Below, piece after piece: positions 1-9,491 of a stretch of 64,000 nt of DNA. Made by a program: the position numbers and the translations under genes. Numbering within the stretch: position 1 is the stretch's first letter; each line of letters begins with the position of its first letter. Origin of the DNA: Candidatus Latescibacterota bacterium (GTDB lineage: Bacteria > Latescibacterota > UBA2968); assembly GCA_965116885.1 (NCBI GenBank), contig OZ220741.1:1888001-1952000 (forward strand), given 5' to 3'. The notes under the pieces are model-generated. The model was given only the letters and a program-made list of their open reading frames with translations, did not search any database and had not been told where the DNA came from.

Positions 1-1
1 G

Positions 2-235
2 GGCGCGGCTTATTTGATCCGATATCCCGATTTGAGCTATCGGGCCAATGAGGTGAATGGGCGATGGAAACCCGGCGATCCGTTTCTGGTGGCGATACGC
101 ACGATCAAATTGTCGCCTTTTTCAGAGGATGCGGGTCAATATCTCTATTTTGGCGGCTTTGACGCAAATTTCCTCGATGCTCACGACACCGCCTGGATTT
201 ACCGCGCGCATGTGGATACGGTTTTGGAGCTTTAG
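2..235 (+). CDS. C-terminal part of a hypothetical protein (runs in from the left edge)
   Basis: Open frame from the window start to TAG at 233-235 (..YLYFGGFDANFLDAHDTAWIYRA..). Confidence 0.6.
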   Translation, partial: GAAYLIRYPDLSYRANEVNGRWKPGDPFLVAIRTIKLSPFSEDAGQYLYFGGFDANFLDAHDTAWIYRAHVDTVLEL

Positions 236-291
236 ATGTCGTTGCTTACAGGTAAGGTCAGTGATTTTTTGAAGATCGGAGTTTCCGGGAT

Positions 292-540
292 TTGATCGCG
301 CGTGGCGCAGATGTGAATGCGCACAATTACAAGGGCCAGACCGCGTTGCACTGTGCGGCGAGGGCAGGGTTTGTGGATATTGTTTCTCTGCTGATCGAAC
401 ACGGTGCCAAAGTCGATTTGCGAGACCGCGCGGGACATACGCCGCTTATGGCTGCGTTGCGCTCGACGATTAAAAGTAAGGATAAGCTCCGCGAGGTTGT
501 TCGCGTTCTTACAGAAGCAGGCGCAGGTCTCGGTGAATGA
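292..540 (+). pseudogene. Ankyrin-repeat protein, probably a 5'-truncated fragment
   Basis: LIARGADVN..GQTALHCAARAG..IVSLLIEHGAKVD..GHTPLMAA ankyrin consensus; frame begins mid-repeat at TTG with no RBS. Confidence 0.7.
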
Positions 541-578
541 TGAGCTGTAGAGAAAATAAATTTTCAAAGGAAGACAAT

Positions 579-1589
579 ATGAAAGCAAGAATCGTTGGAG
601 AGCGACAGTCAGATGTGGTGCCTGCACCGGTGCCAGAGCCGAAGGAGGATTGGGCGGTGGTGAAGGTGCATGCTTCGGCGATGTGTACCGAGTACAAGGC
701 GTGGATGGCGGGGGATCGGCGCGAGGTGATCGGACACGAGGGGGCGGGCGAGGTGGTGGCGGTGGCGCAGCCGGGGCGGGTGAAGGTGGGGGACCGGGTT
801 ACGGTGATGCCGCAGTACCCGTGTGGCAATTGCGCCCTGTGTCGATCTGGTGATTATATCTATTGTGAGGATACATACAACTTTGCCGAGTTCACGGGTA
901 CCCGCGAAGGCAGTGGTACGTTTGCCCATTACGTGGTCAAGCCCTCATGGCTTTTGTTGCCGATTCCGGAGCGGGTCACGTACGAGCAGGCGACGATGGC
1001 GATTGACGGTATCGGCGCTTCCTTTGGCGGTATGCAGGCTATTGGCGTGGGTGCTTTTGATACGGTGCTGATTACGGGCCTGGGTCCGGTGGGGCTTGGT
1101 GGGATCATCAATGCCCGATTTCGGGGGGCGCGGGTGCTGGCGGTGGAGCCTGCGCCGTGGCGCGCTGCGCTCGGTCTCGAGTTGGGCGCAGAGGTGGTGC
1201 TGCATCCGCAGGATGATCCGCTTGCGCGTATTCGAGATTTGACAGATGGTCGCGGGGTTGATTGCGCGGTGGATTGTTCTGGTTCGGTGGCGGGCGAGCG
1301 GTTGTGTATTGATGCGGTGCGGCGGCGCGGACGGGTGGCATTTGTCGGCGAGTGTTCCCAGGATTTGCCGATTAAGGTGAGTCCGGATTTGATTCGCAAA
1401 GGGTTGCTGGTGTCGGGAAACTGGCTGTACAATATGCAGGATTACGAGGGCGTGATGCAGGTGATTGCGGAGTCGCCTCTGATCGATAAGCTGATCAGTC
1501 ACGTTATGCCGATGAGCAGAATTCAGGAGGCTTTTGGTCTCTTAGCTGCTGGCGAAGCTGCGAAGATCGTACTTCATCCCTGGGCGTAG
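579..1589 (+). CDS. Zn-dependent alcohol/polyol dehydrogenase (MDR family)
   Basis: GHEGAG motif, CGNCALC..C Zn site, GLGPVG Rossmann motif; AAGGA RBS before ATG 579. Confidence 0.92.
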   Translation: MKARIVGERQSDVVPAPVPEPKEDWAVVKVHASAMCTEYKAWMAGDRREVIGHEGAGEVVAVAQPGRVKVGDRVTVMPQYPCGNCALCRSGDYIYCEDTYNFAEFTGTREGSGTFAHYVVKPSWLLLPIPERVTYEQATMAIDGIGASFGGMQAIGVGAFDTVLITGLGPVGLGGIINARFRGARVLAVEPAPWRAALGLELGAEVVLHPQDDPLARIRDLTDGRGVDCAVDCSGSVAGERLCIDAVRRRGRVAFVGECSQDLPIKVSPDLIRKGLLVSGNWLYNMQDYEGVMQVIAESPLIDKLISHVMPMSRIQEAFGLLAAGEAAKIVLHPWA

Positions 1590-2392
1590 TGTGTTTCTTT
1601 TAGCACGCTTTCAAGCCAGGCTTTGGCGCGCTTGCGATACGGACTTTCTCTGTGCATCCACAGGTCTGTATGCGGGTGGACGATTTTGCCTTCGGGGATG
1701 TTGAATATTTGATCGGTTGGCACGTTCAGGAATGTGAATTGCGCCAGATTGAGGTGCGCTTTGAGGAATTGATCTTTTACCCTGCTGGCGTTCTGCCCGC
1801 AGATGAGTACGGGCCTGCCCTTTATCCGTGCGAGGCGGATGAGAGCAGATGCGCGATCACTTTCTGGATAATCCCATTCCCTTTCGCCATCGAAGTGGTC
1901 GTGGGTGAAGATGCCTTTCCAATAGGTTGCAATTTCGTCGTCTGCAAGGCCGATGTAGCTGGTGCCTATGGCACCGCGCGAGAAGCCGCAGATGAATATG
2001 TTATGCGGGTCGCCTCCAAATTTTTCACAGATCCTCGGGAGGTTGGTTTTGCAGTAGTTCACGGTTGCTTGCTTGTCGCCCCACCATGTGACGGCGTTTT
2101 CTTTTTTTCCTTTTTCTATATATGGCATGGTTATCCAGATAAATCCGCTGCCTCCACTTATTCCATAGCCCAGGTTCGCGTCTTCCACCTTACCCGTTGA
2201 TTTACACGGTTCCCATTTGTTGCCGGTGTATTCGACGATGACGGGGTATTTGTGCCCGGGTTGCCAGTCTTTGGGAAGGTATAGCGCGTGGTGTACATCA
2301 GTTCCTCTGTACTCTGGCGCAGTTTGACGCACACGCCTGCCCGGACCAGGTGTTTCATCCGTCATAGCCGGTGTTATGAGGTCTAATGGCAT
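1574..2392 (-). CDS. Putative alpha/beta-hydrolase (esterase-like) protein
   Basis: LYLPKDW..KYPVIVEY N-terminal motif, GFSRG nucleophile elbow, C-terminal HPH. Confidence 0.7.
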   Translation of the reverse strand: MPLDLITPAMTDETPGPGRRVRQTAPEYRGTDVHHALYLPKDWQPGHKYPVIVEYTGNKWEPCKSTGKVEDANLGYGISGGSGFIWITMPYIEKGKKENAVTWWGDKQATVNYCKTNLPRICEKFGGDPHNIFICGFSRGAIGTSYIGLADDEIATYWKGIFTHDHFDGEREWDYPESDRASALIRLARIKGRPVLICGQNASRVKDQFLKAHLNLAQFTFLNVPTDQIFNIPEGKIVHPHTDLWMHRESPYRKRAKAWLESVLKETHYAQG

Positions 2393-2416
2393 GGTCTCTC
2401 ATCTTGCGGGATCTGT

Positions 2417-3448
2417 TCAGGATTCCAATTCGCCGAGCCAGCGCGCTACGACCCGACTGCCTTTTTGTATTTCAGAGATGGCTTCGTGGTCGGGGTGCTC
2501 TTGTTCGTCGATCAGACCTTTTCGCCGGAAGCGATTTCGGAGATAACCGCCGCAAAGATGCGCGCCTATTGCGCCGGGATTTTTCAGGAGGCCGTAGAGG
2601 GCGTCGGCATACCATTCCCCATCCACGAGATGATATTCCCCATCCAGGTATTTTCCGCTGTCATCCGCGATGGTTTCCCGGGGGCGGGAGCCATCTGCCC
2701 ATAGAACCGGTTTTCCCGTGGCTGTGTGCCATTCGCGCATGTGTGTGACCGGGTCTCTGAAGTCCTGAAAGCTGAGTACGTCAACGTACGGGTCGGCAGC
2801 CTGTACAATTTCCATTGGGAGTGGTGCGAGTGCTTCGTATCGGTCTCCGAGGATCAGGTGATGGGGATCATAACGGCGAATGGCGTCGTGGGTGATTTTG
2901 TAGTATCGCTGTGCTAAGTTGAAGAGTTCAGTCCGGCCCGCTTGCGATTTTAGGCGCGCGGGATCAAACATGGGTCCGCGCCATGCCGTGTGTGGGGTTC
3001 GGACGTGAACCCAGGTTGGGCAGTCCGAGTAAAAATAGCCGATTAAGTTCGGTTCTTCGCGTAGTCGGGCGCATTCGGATCTCGCGACATAGTCACACCA
3101 GTCCTCGAAGTCCTTGCTGAAGATGTCGGGGTTTTTGTGCCATGCGTTCCACTGATGTGTTTCGATGAAGGGCAGCAGATGGCAGTAGGGCATGGATAGC
3201 GCGCGATATTCTTCCAGGGTGAAGCTCGGACTGTGCGCGTGTTTTAAGATGGTTACATCCTGTACCCAGCCGACGGTGTTGAATCCCCAGGATTTCAGGT
3301 CGGGCGATACAGATTCACAGATCCATTTGATGCTGTTGTTGTCGTATTTCTGTTTCCAGCGGGGCAGATTTTCTGGATACAGCAGTGGGGAGGAGTCGAT
3401 GTGATTCAGGCCAACTGAGAAGAAGGGCTGTCGATCTGGCGTGAGCAA
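2417..3448 (-). CDS. Agarase-like (clan GH-A) glycoside hydrolase
   Basis: LTPDRQPFFSVGLNH, WGFNTVGW, LIGYF, IRRYDPHHLILGDRY motifs typical of GH50-like proteins; start uncertain. Confidence 0.65.
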   Translation of the reverse strand: MLTPDRQPFFSVGLNHIDSSPLLYPENLPRWKQKYDNNSIKWICESVSPDLKSWGFNTVGWVQDVTILKHAHSPSFTLEEYRALSMPYCHLLPFIETHQWNAWHKNPDIFSKDFEDWCDYVARSECARLREEPNLIGYFYSDCPTWVHVRTPHTAWRGPMFDPARLKSQAGRTELFNLAQRYYKITHDAIRRYDPHHLILGDRYEALAPLPMEIVQAADPYVDVLSFQDFRDPVTHMREWHTATGKPVLWADGSRPRETIADDSGKYLDGEYHLVDGEWYADALYGLLKNPGAIGAHLCGGYLRNRFRRKGLIDEQEHPDHEAISEIQKGSRVVARWLGELES

Positions 3449-3555
3449 GACCCAGCGTTCGCCGAGTTTTGCAAGGGTGAAGAATCCTTCGGGGGATGTT
3501 GTGTTGTTTCGACTGTTTCCAGTATGGTGTTCATTGAGGCTCCTTATCAGGCTGA

Positions 3556-4638
3556 CTACCCCATCCTCAAGTTGCGATCTTCGAGGGGCAGGTCAATGCG
3601 GATGTTGCCGCAGCGATGCGATTCTCTTATGGCGATGCCGATTTCAAGGGCTTCGCGGCCAAACTCGCCTGGGCAGATGTCTTCGCGGCCCTGTTCAATA
3701 GAGCGACAGACGCCTTCGATGGCGTCAACCATTGAGCTTCTGGGATGCCATGGTCCCGGCAGGTGCGTCTGGGTGGGCGCGCCAGTTTCGGGATGTGGGG
3801 TCCATATCTCGAACTGGGCATGGGCGTTGCGGGAGATGATGCGTCCAGTTTCGCCGATGAATTCCAGGGACCAGGCAAAGGGGCTGGTTTCGGAGCGGGA
3901 GTTTAAGATGGTGCGGAGGCCGTTTTCATAGACGATGATTCCCGATCCGGGGATGTCGGTGTTGGACTGTGCCTGTTTGTCTGTGTCGATGAGACCGACT
4001 ACCCATTGGGCTGGCGCACCGGCAAAGAGGCGGAGTAAGGTCAGGGTGTGGCTTTGTATATTGGAAAGGCTGGCGGGGCTGTGGCAGACCATTGTTTTTA
4101 AGGGTCCAATAGCGCCTTCGGCAATGAGTTGGCGGGCGTTTGTGTAGTAGCTATACCAGTTGAGGTGGCAGGCCATTGAGAGGATGACGTTGTTTTTGGC
4201 GCAGGCGTCGATCATGGCATCGGCTTCGGCCAATGTGCGGCACATCGGTTTGGTGGCGAAGATGGCTTTGACGCCCAGTTCGGCCAGGCCGACCGTGATT
4301 TCAGCGCGGGGTTCTGGGCGGGTGGTCAGGCAGACCACGTCGATTTGTTCTTTTTCGACCATTTCCCGGTAATCGGTGTACAGGGCTGATACGTCCCAGC
4401 GCTGTTTGAAGTCCTCGAGTTTGGCGGGGTCATCATCAGCGGCGGCAACGAGATCGATTCCCCGGGCTTCAATCATTGCAGGCGCGTGTGCCCAGGGCCA
4501 CGGGTAATGGGGCATGCCGATGTGTTCGTCGTCAATGGTGCTGCCCATTCTGCCACATCCCACAACAGCGCCTCGATAGGTGTTTTGGGGAGCGGTATCC
4601 CGCACGGTCTGAAAGGCTTTGCCTTTGGGTTCAGCCAT
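3556..4638 (-). CDS. Gfo/Idh/MocA family oxidoreductase
   Basis: VVGCGRMG, YTDYREMV, ATKPM (EKP-like) motifs; GGAG RBS. Confidence 0.9.
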   Translation of the reverse strand: MAEPKGKAFQTVRDTAPQNTYRGAVVGCGRMGSTIDDEHIGMPHYPWPWAHAPAMIEARGIDLVAAADDDPAKLEDFKQRWDVSALYTDYREMVEKEQIDVVCLTTRPEPRAEITVGLAELGVKAIFATKPMCRTLAEADAMIDACAKNNVILSMACHLNWYSYYTNARQLIAEGAIGPLKTMVCHSPASLSNIQSHTLTLLRLFAGAPAQWVVGLIDTDKQAQSNTDIPGSGIIVYENGLRTILNSRSETSPFAWSLEFIGETGRIISRNAHAQFEIWTPHPETGAPTQTHLPGPWHPRSSMVDAIEGVCRSIEQGREDICPGEFGREALEIGIAIRESHRCGNIRIDLPLEDRNLRMG

Positions 4639-4659
4639 TGGGTTCTCCTCTATAAGCTG

Positions 4660-5427
4660 TTAAGCACTCTTCTGTACAATAAGCAACTCGCGGTGTTCGT
4701 TGGTTTCGATGCCCCGCTGAGTGGTGTATTTCTCGAGAATCTGGTTAATGCCTTGCCAGTGTTTTTCGATTTCAAATTTTTCTGGCAATGGGACTGTGTG
4801 TAGCCACAAGAGAAGTGATTCAACATCACAGAACCAATACGCGACGTCGTACTCCATGAGCGCGATGATGCGGTTGCCGCGTTGCTGGAAAGTTTTGGCG
4901 AGTTCTCTATCAGGCGACCACCAATCCTTGCCAAAACTGTTGCTTGTCCAACCGAACGCCGCCAGGATATTGGACGTATTGCGATGTCCCACGCCCTGCG
5001 TGATAAAATACCCTCCTGTGCGTAGAACACGCAAAATCTCATCTATATTGACAACAGAATGTCGATTTAAGACAATATCAAAATTTGAGTCAGGCAATTG
5101 CAGAGCATCAGCACTCATGACGTTGAAAGAGACGTTGTTTATCTGCATTTTGGATTGGTTCTTATGAGCTGTTTGAATCATTTCGTCACTGATGTCGATT
5201 CCAATGCCTCTGCCGAAGTTCGGTGATAGAGTGAGAAACTTTTCACCGCCACCTGTTCCTATGTCAAGGACGCGAGATGATGGCGTGAGGTAGTTGCGAA
5301 CCAGAGTAAGATAATCCCAGGGTACGGGATCCCGTCCATCTCTTACGGCAGAGAAATCCCACCCTTGAATTTTTCCAATAGACGCCGCGATTTGTTTTAG
5401 CTCTTTGAGCGTCATTACGTTGCTCAT
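4660..5427 (-). CDS. Class I SAM-dependent methyltransferase
   Basis: VLDIGTGGGE motif I, GIDIS, FDIVLNRH. Confidence 0.88.
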   Translation of the reverse strand: MSNVMTLKELKQIAASIGKIQGWDFSAVRDGRDPVPWDYLTLVRNYLTPSSRVLDIGTGGGEKFLTLSPNFGRGIGIDISDEMIQTAHKNQSKMQINNVSFNVMSADALQLPDSNFDIVLNRHSVVNIDEILRVLRTGGYFITQGVGHRNTSNILAAFGWTSNSFGKDWWSPDRELAKTFQQRGNRIIALMEYDVAYWFCDVESLLLWLHTVPLPEKFEIEKHWQGINQILEKYTTQRGIETNEHRELLIVQKSA

Positions 5428-5450
5428 ATTTGATCAGTGGCTTCGGCTTG

Positions 5451-5639
5451 TTATTCAAACTCATAGTCGAAACAAGCATGAATATCTTCTTGAGTCAGTG
5501 AAGGATATTCTTCCAGGATATCATCAAAGGTATCCCCATTGGCCATCATCCGGAGGATTAGATGCACTGGGATACGGGTGTCCTTAATACAGGCTTGTCC
5601 ATGACAAACTTTGGGATCAATAGTAATACGTTCATGCAT
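5451..5639 (-). CDS. DUF433 domain protein (antitoxin-like), no adjacent toxin seen
   Basis: ITIDPKVCHGQACIKDTRIPV..ILEEYPSL signature. Confidence 0.85.
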   Translation of the reverse strand: MHERITIDPKVCHGQACIKDTRIPVHLILRMMANGDTFDDILEEYPSLTQEDIHACFDYEFE

Positions 5640-5658
5640 TTTTTATCTCCATTCTTTT

Positions 5659-6300
5659 TTAAGCGTGTAACATCCTCATAAATGTATCGCGGTTTGAAAA
5701 GTCTTCAACCCAAAACTCACATTTTCCCTCTAAGCGTGGTCCTACGCCGATGAAGTGCCATCCCAGTTTTTTGGTTGCCTGGATGTCCCACACAGCATCA
5801 CCGACATATACGATGCGATGGAAGCCATCCCCCAATGTAGATAGGCATTTTTTCATGATCTCCACACGCTCGTCACTGTCATCGCTGGAAAACAGTACCG
5901 TATTTCTCAAGCTAAATCCCGCATGCCTGAGTTTCATTTTGGCGGTATGTTTCCAGCCGCCTGTGGCAATTCCAATTTTATAGTGCCGATCAGATAGAAG
6001 TTTGTCAATCAGGGAAATCGCCCCTTTCTTTGGGCGGCATTCGCCACCATTTTCAAGATACTGCGCAATCAATTCACCGAATTTTTTGCGGATTTCTCCA
6101 ATTTGTTCCTCTTCCTGGATCTTATTCTTTTTCATTATTTGTCGCAAGATACCTGAATCCGTTACGTTTTTGTATTGGCTCCAATCATCGTGGATACAAA
6201 CTTCACCCAGGACATCTCTTATCGCAGAGATGTAATAGGCTCCATCAAAATGAGAACTTTCGACGAGGGTTCCATCGATGTCAAATATCGCGGCGATCAT
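5659..6300 (-). CDS. HAD-family hydrolase
   Basis: FDIDGTL motif I, ATGG motif II, YVGDAVWD motif IV. Confidence 0.9.
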   Translation of the reverse strand: MIAAIFDIDGTLVESSHFDGAYYISAIRDVLGEVCIHDDWSQYKNVTDSGILRQIMKKNKIQEEEQIGEIRKKFGELIAQYLENGGECRPKKGAISLIDKLLSDRHYKIGIATGGWKHTAKMKLRHAGFSLRNTVLFSSDDSDERVEIMKKCLSTLGDGFHRIVYVGDAVWDIQATKKLGWHFIGVGPRLEGKCEFWVEDFSNRDTFMRMLHA

Positions 6301-6492
6301 TTGTTATCGCATTTTGTCATGAGAGTGCGTATTGGTTTTTTAAATTGTTATTCAAATATGGGCAAGGTCAGAATGAATTGCAAGTCCAGATGGGAAAGAT
6401 GATATTCTGAAGTTCGGTGCTGGTTGACTTTGGTAAAATGGGGTTGTATTTTCGGGCGGTTCTATATGTTGGACCGATGTATGGGGGAGAAT

Positions 6493-7590
6493 ATGAAGAT
6501 TACGGATGTCAAATATCATCGTTTGCGCTATCCCGTGACTGAGAAGTTCGGAAATTCTTTTGCGTGGATTACGGAGCGGTCATCTATTCTGGTGGAGATT
6601 TCTACCGATGCGGGTATTACGGGATGGGGACAGGGGGCGGGGTCGATTGGTGAGTCGGATATTCAGCGGCATGTGATCGGGCAGGATCCGTTCGATTGCG
6701 AAGTGATCTGGAATGCGCTGAACAATTCGGGGAGTCTGAGGAATGTGGGCGCGACCAGTGGCGTGGATATTGCATTGTGGGATATTATGGGTAAGGCGCT
6801 TGATGTGCCGGTTTATCGCCTTCTGGGGGGCGCATTTCGGGACCGTATCCCGTGCTATGCCAGCGGGTTGTTCAGGAAGGACAGGCCGGATAATACACAG
6901 GCGTTGATGGATGAGGCCAGGGGATATGTGGATCAAGGTTTTCCCGCGATGAAGATGAAGGTTGGGCTTGGGAAGGCTTACGATGAGCAGAATGTGGCTG
7001 CTGTGCGGAAGGCGATTGGCGATGATATTCTTTTGTGCGTGGATGCAAATTTGGCCTATGATGTGGGTACGGCGATTGAGGTGGGGCGCAGGATGGAGGC
7101 GTACGATCTGTTCTGGTTTGAAGAACCGATTTCGAGAGATGATGTGGCCGGGTATATAGAAATTAAAAGGGCGCTCAAGATGCGGATTGCGGGATGCGAG
7201 GGTTTGCAGGGGCGCTGGGCATTTCGGGAGTTTATTCAGCGACGGGCGGTGGATATTGTGCAGCCAGATATTGCGATTGTCGGCGGGTTTACAGAGGCGA
7301 GAAAGGTTGTGGCGATGGCCAGTGCCAATTATATTCCGGTTATGCCGCATATGTGGGGGGCAGTCGTTGGTCTCGCCGCTACCCTGCACTGGCAGGCGTC
7401 GATGCCAGATGCGTCCGGTTCTGTGAATCCAGTCCCTTCTTTTTTTGAGTGTGATATGACGGAAAATGGGCTTCGAACAGCGTTGTCTAAAGAGCCTATT
7501 TTGCCCGTGGATGGTTTTCTTGCGGTTCCCCAGGGTCCCGGGCTGGGGATTGAGATTGACCGGGATGTTCTTGAGAGATATTCGGTTTGA
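6493..7590 (+). CDS. Mandelate racemase/muconate lactonizing (enolase superfamily) enzyme
   Basis: DIALWDIMGK, KMKVG, VDAN, WFEEP, GCE, QPD, GPGLG motifs. Confidence 0.93.
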   Translation: MKITDVKYHRLRYPVTEKFGNSFAWITERSSILVEISTDAGITGWGQGAGSIGESDIQRHVIGQDPFDCEVIWNALNNSGSLRNVGATSGVDIALWDIMGKALDVPVYRLLGGAFRDRIPCYASGLFRKDRPDNTQALMDEARGYVDQGFPAMKMKVGLGKAYDEQNVAAVRKAIGDDILLCVDANLAYDVGTAIEVGRRMEAYDLFWFEEPISRDDVAGYIEIKRALKMRIAGCEGLQGRWAFREFIQRRAVDIVQPDIAIVGGFTEARKVVAMASANYIPVMPHMWGAVVGLAATLHWQASMPDASGSVNPVPSFFECDMTENGLRTALSKEPILPVDGFLAVPQGPGLGIEIDRDVLERYSV

Positions 7591-7618
7591 CGCGGCGTCT
7601 TTTCAAAGGAGCGATGCG

Positions 7619-8485
7619 ATGGACGAGATGCTGAGATGTTTTGCGGAGAACGGGTATGTCGTGGTGGAGGGGGCGCTTTCACCGGAGGAGGTGGCGGCGA
7701 TTAACGATGGGATTGATGCGGATGTGGCCGCGAACCCGAAGGAATGGGAGCCTGGGCCGCGTCCGGGTCATATAGCGGTGGGCTGCAGGGCGCCGGAGTT
7801 GATGCACAGGACAGAGGCGCTGGATGGCCTGGTTCACCATCCGTCGGTTGCGCCACTGGTGCGCCGCATTCTCGGAGCGGGTGTTCAGTTTAGCAGTCTG
7901 AGTTTTTTGCGGCGCGAGGTGTGTGCCGCCGATCCGCCAGAGGATATTGACGGCGGCGATCCGCTCTGTCTTTCGCGGCAGTGGCACCGGGAATACAACG
8001 GTATTGTGGAGGGTGCGGATAGGAATGCGTTTTTTGCTCCGGCGATACAGGTGATTTACTATCTGGACGATGTGGATGCCGGGTCCCACTGTACGAGCCT
8101 TATTCCAGAGAGTGCCGAGACCAAGCGTCAATTGCCCAAGACGCGGGAGGGGAAATCCGGATGGGGCGAGGGTGTTTTGCGAATTGACGATGGTGAGACG
8201 GCGTATGTGGATCCGGATAAGCCGATGTGGACAGATTCTTTTGGTCGCACAAATCCCCGACGGATCGGTCGGGTCGATGTTCACGCGCCAGCGGGGTCTG
8301 CTGTGATGTTCAATATTGCCAGTTATCACTGCGGAACTGTCCGGCAGACGCAGCGGATTCGGCGCACGGCGCATTTGATGTATCGGCAGCCAGATCCGAT
8401 ATTCTCGCGGCACGCACTGGGTCCCGATTGGGAGAGTGTGGCGGCGTTTAGAGCCGCGCTGCCAAAGCGACCAGCGATTGGATAG
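7619..8485 (+). CDS. Phytanoyl-CoA dioxygenase (PhyH) family protein
   Basis: FAENGYVVVEGALS start, WHRE (HxE), IYYLDD, AGSAVMF..YH; AAGGAG RBS. Confidence 0.85.
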   Translation: MDEMLRCFAENGYVVVEGALSPEEVAAINDGIDADVAANPKEWEPGPRPGHIAVGCRAPELMHRTEALDGLVHHPSVAPLVRRILGAGVQFSSLSFLRREVCAADPPEDIDGGDPLCLSRQWHREYNGIVEGADRNAFFAPAIQVIYYLDDVDAGSHCTSLIPESAETKRQLPKTREGKSGWGEGVLRIDDGETAYVDPDKPMWTDSFGRTNPRRIGRVDVHAPAGSAVMFNIASYHCGTVRQTQRIRRTAHLMYRQPDPIFSRHALGPDWESVAAFRAALPKRPAIG

Positions 8486-8515
8486 AGTGAATAGAGGCTA
8501 ATTGTTATGTGTGTT

Positions 8516-8573
8516 GTAGGGGACGGCCCCCGTGCCGTCCCGTCATCGCGGCATGATTAAAGCCGCGATCCAG
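8516..8573 (+). repeat. GTAG-type REP palindrome followed by a second palindromic repeat
   Basis: GTAGGGGACGGCCCCCGTGCCGTCCC then GTCATCGCGGC-n-GCCGCGATCCAG; same pair at 31644-31705. Confidence 0.8.
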
Positions 8574-8619
8574 GAGGTTTTTGCTGACTACTAACCGCTA
8601 ATTGGCATTTGGAAATAAG

Positions 8620-8819
8620 ATCCGAAAAGAGACGCGGAGCCTGAAGGCTTTCTGGCTGTGAGTCTTTGTTTGCTCTGAGGTTTGAAGCTCAATGGTCTGG
8701 TGCTTTGCCGGACGTTATGAGCGTCACCCCCTCAAGAGGATGGCTTTTACAGATACCATGGTCTGGGCTATGCTCCGTCACCGAAGCAGTCGCACTTGCT
8801 CCCCTGTCTCCTTTCGGAT
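8620..8819 (-). ncRNA. Candidate ~200-nt structured RNA downstream of the DIP1984-like gene
   Basis: 5' AUCCGAAAGGAGAC pairs with 3' GUCUCUUUUCGGAU (one G-U); internal UGCUUCG-GUGA-CGGAGCA GNRA hairpin, CAUCCUC-UUGA-GGGGGUG hairpin, A/C-rich unpaired tract. Confidence 0.55.
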
Positions 8820-8825
8820 GGTTGA

Positions 8826-9365
8826 TTATTGTTCGTCTTGAAAGGCTACTATGGCGTCAAAAGATGCTGCTCGTAGCTTTCTGTTTAACGCCCGAAAAGC
8901 CAACCGCACACGTTCAAGGTCCTGGACGCTGTCGGGGTATGACAATTCGTTGGGTTCTACAATGTCGCGGTCTTCTTTGTAGATTACCCGCTGGTATGCC
9001 GCATCCACGACTTGCGTGTGTAGTTCGCCGATTTGTACATTCAAACCTTTTCGCAATTCCAGCGCCTCGTTGAGGTTGATGGTGTCGCCATCATGTTCCA
9101 TCTGGTGCTGAAAATTGGTCTGCTGAATGGCACTGTTGAGCTTGCGCCGTTTGTATTCCAGCGCTTTGATCTGATCGCGTACTTCAGTGGTGTCAAACCC
9201 GGGACTGGGGCGATATTGGCCCTCTTCATCGCGATTGAAAAATGACCGATTGCGATTTTGCCTGGTTTCTGACTGGCAATCTTTCAGGGTTTTGATTCTG
9301 GCATCGTATTCAGCCCTGAGTTCCAGAGCTTCATAGAGGTAGAGTTTGTTGTTTTCGTCTGGCAT
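8826..9365 (-). CDS. DIP1984-like helical/coiled-coil protein (179 aa)
   Basis: LYEALELRAEY..RIKTL and the repeat LNEALELRK, KLNSAIQQTN; strong GGAG RBS before ATG 9365; the ORF-track extension is antisense to the sulfatase. Confidence 0.7.
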   Translation of the reverse strand: MPDENNKLYLYEALELRAEYDARIKTLKDCQSETRQNRNRSFFNRDEEGQYRPSPGFDTTEVRDQIKALEYKRRKLNSAIQQTNFQHQMEHDGDTINLNEALELRKGLNVQIGELHTQVVDAAYQRVIYKEDRDIVEPNELSYPDSVQDLERVRLAFRALNRKLRAASFDAIVAFQDEQ

Positions 9366-9491
9366 GTTTTCTCCTTCCTTTCTCCTCCCGTCATTTATGC
9401 ATTTATGCATCGCTTTGGTGCGGTATCGACTCTGACAAAGCCGAAAAGATAAAAGATTCAGAGAATGTAAAATTTTTTTAGGGAACAGAAT

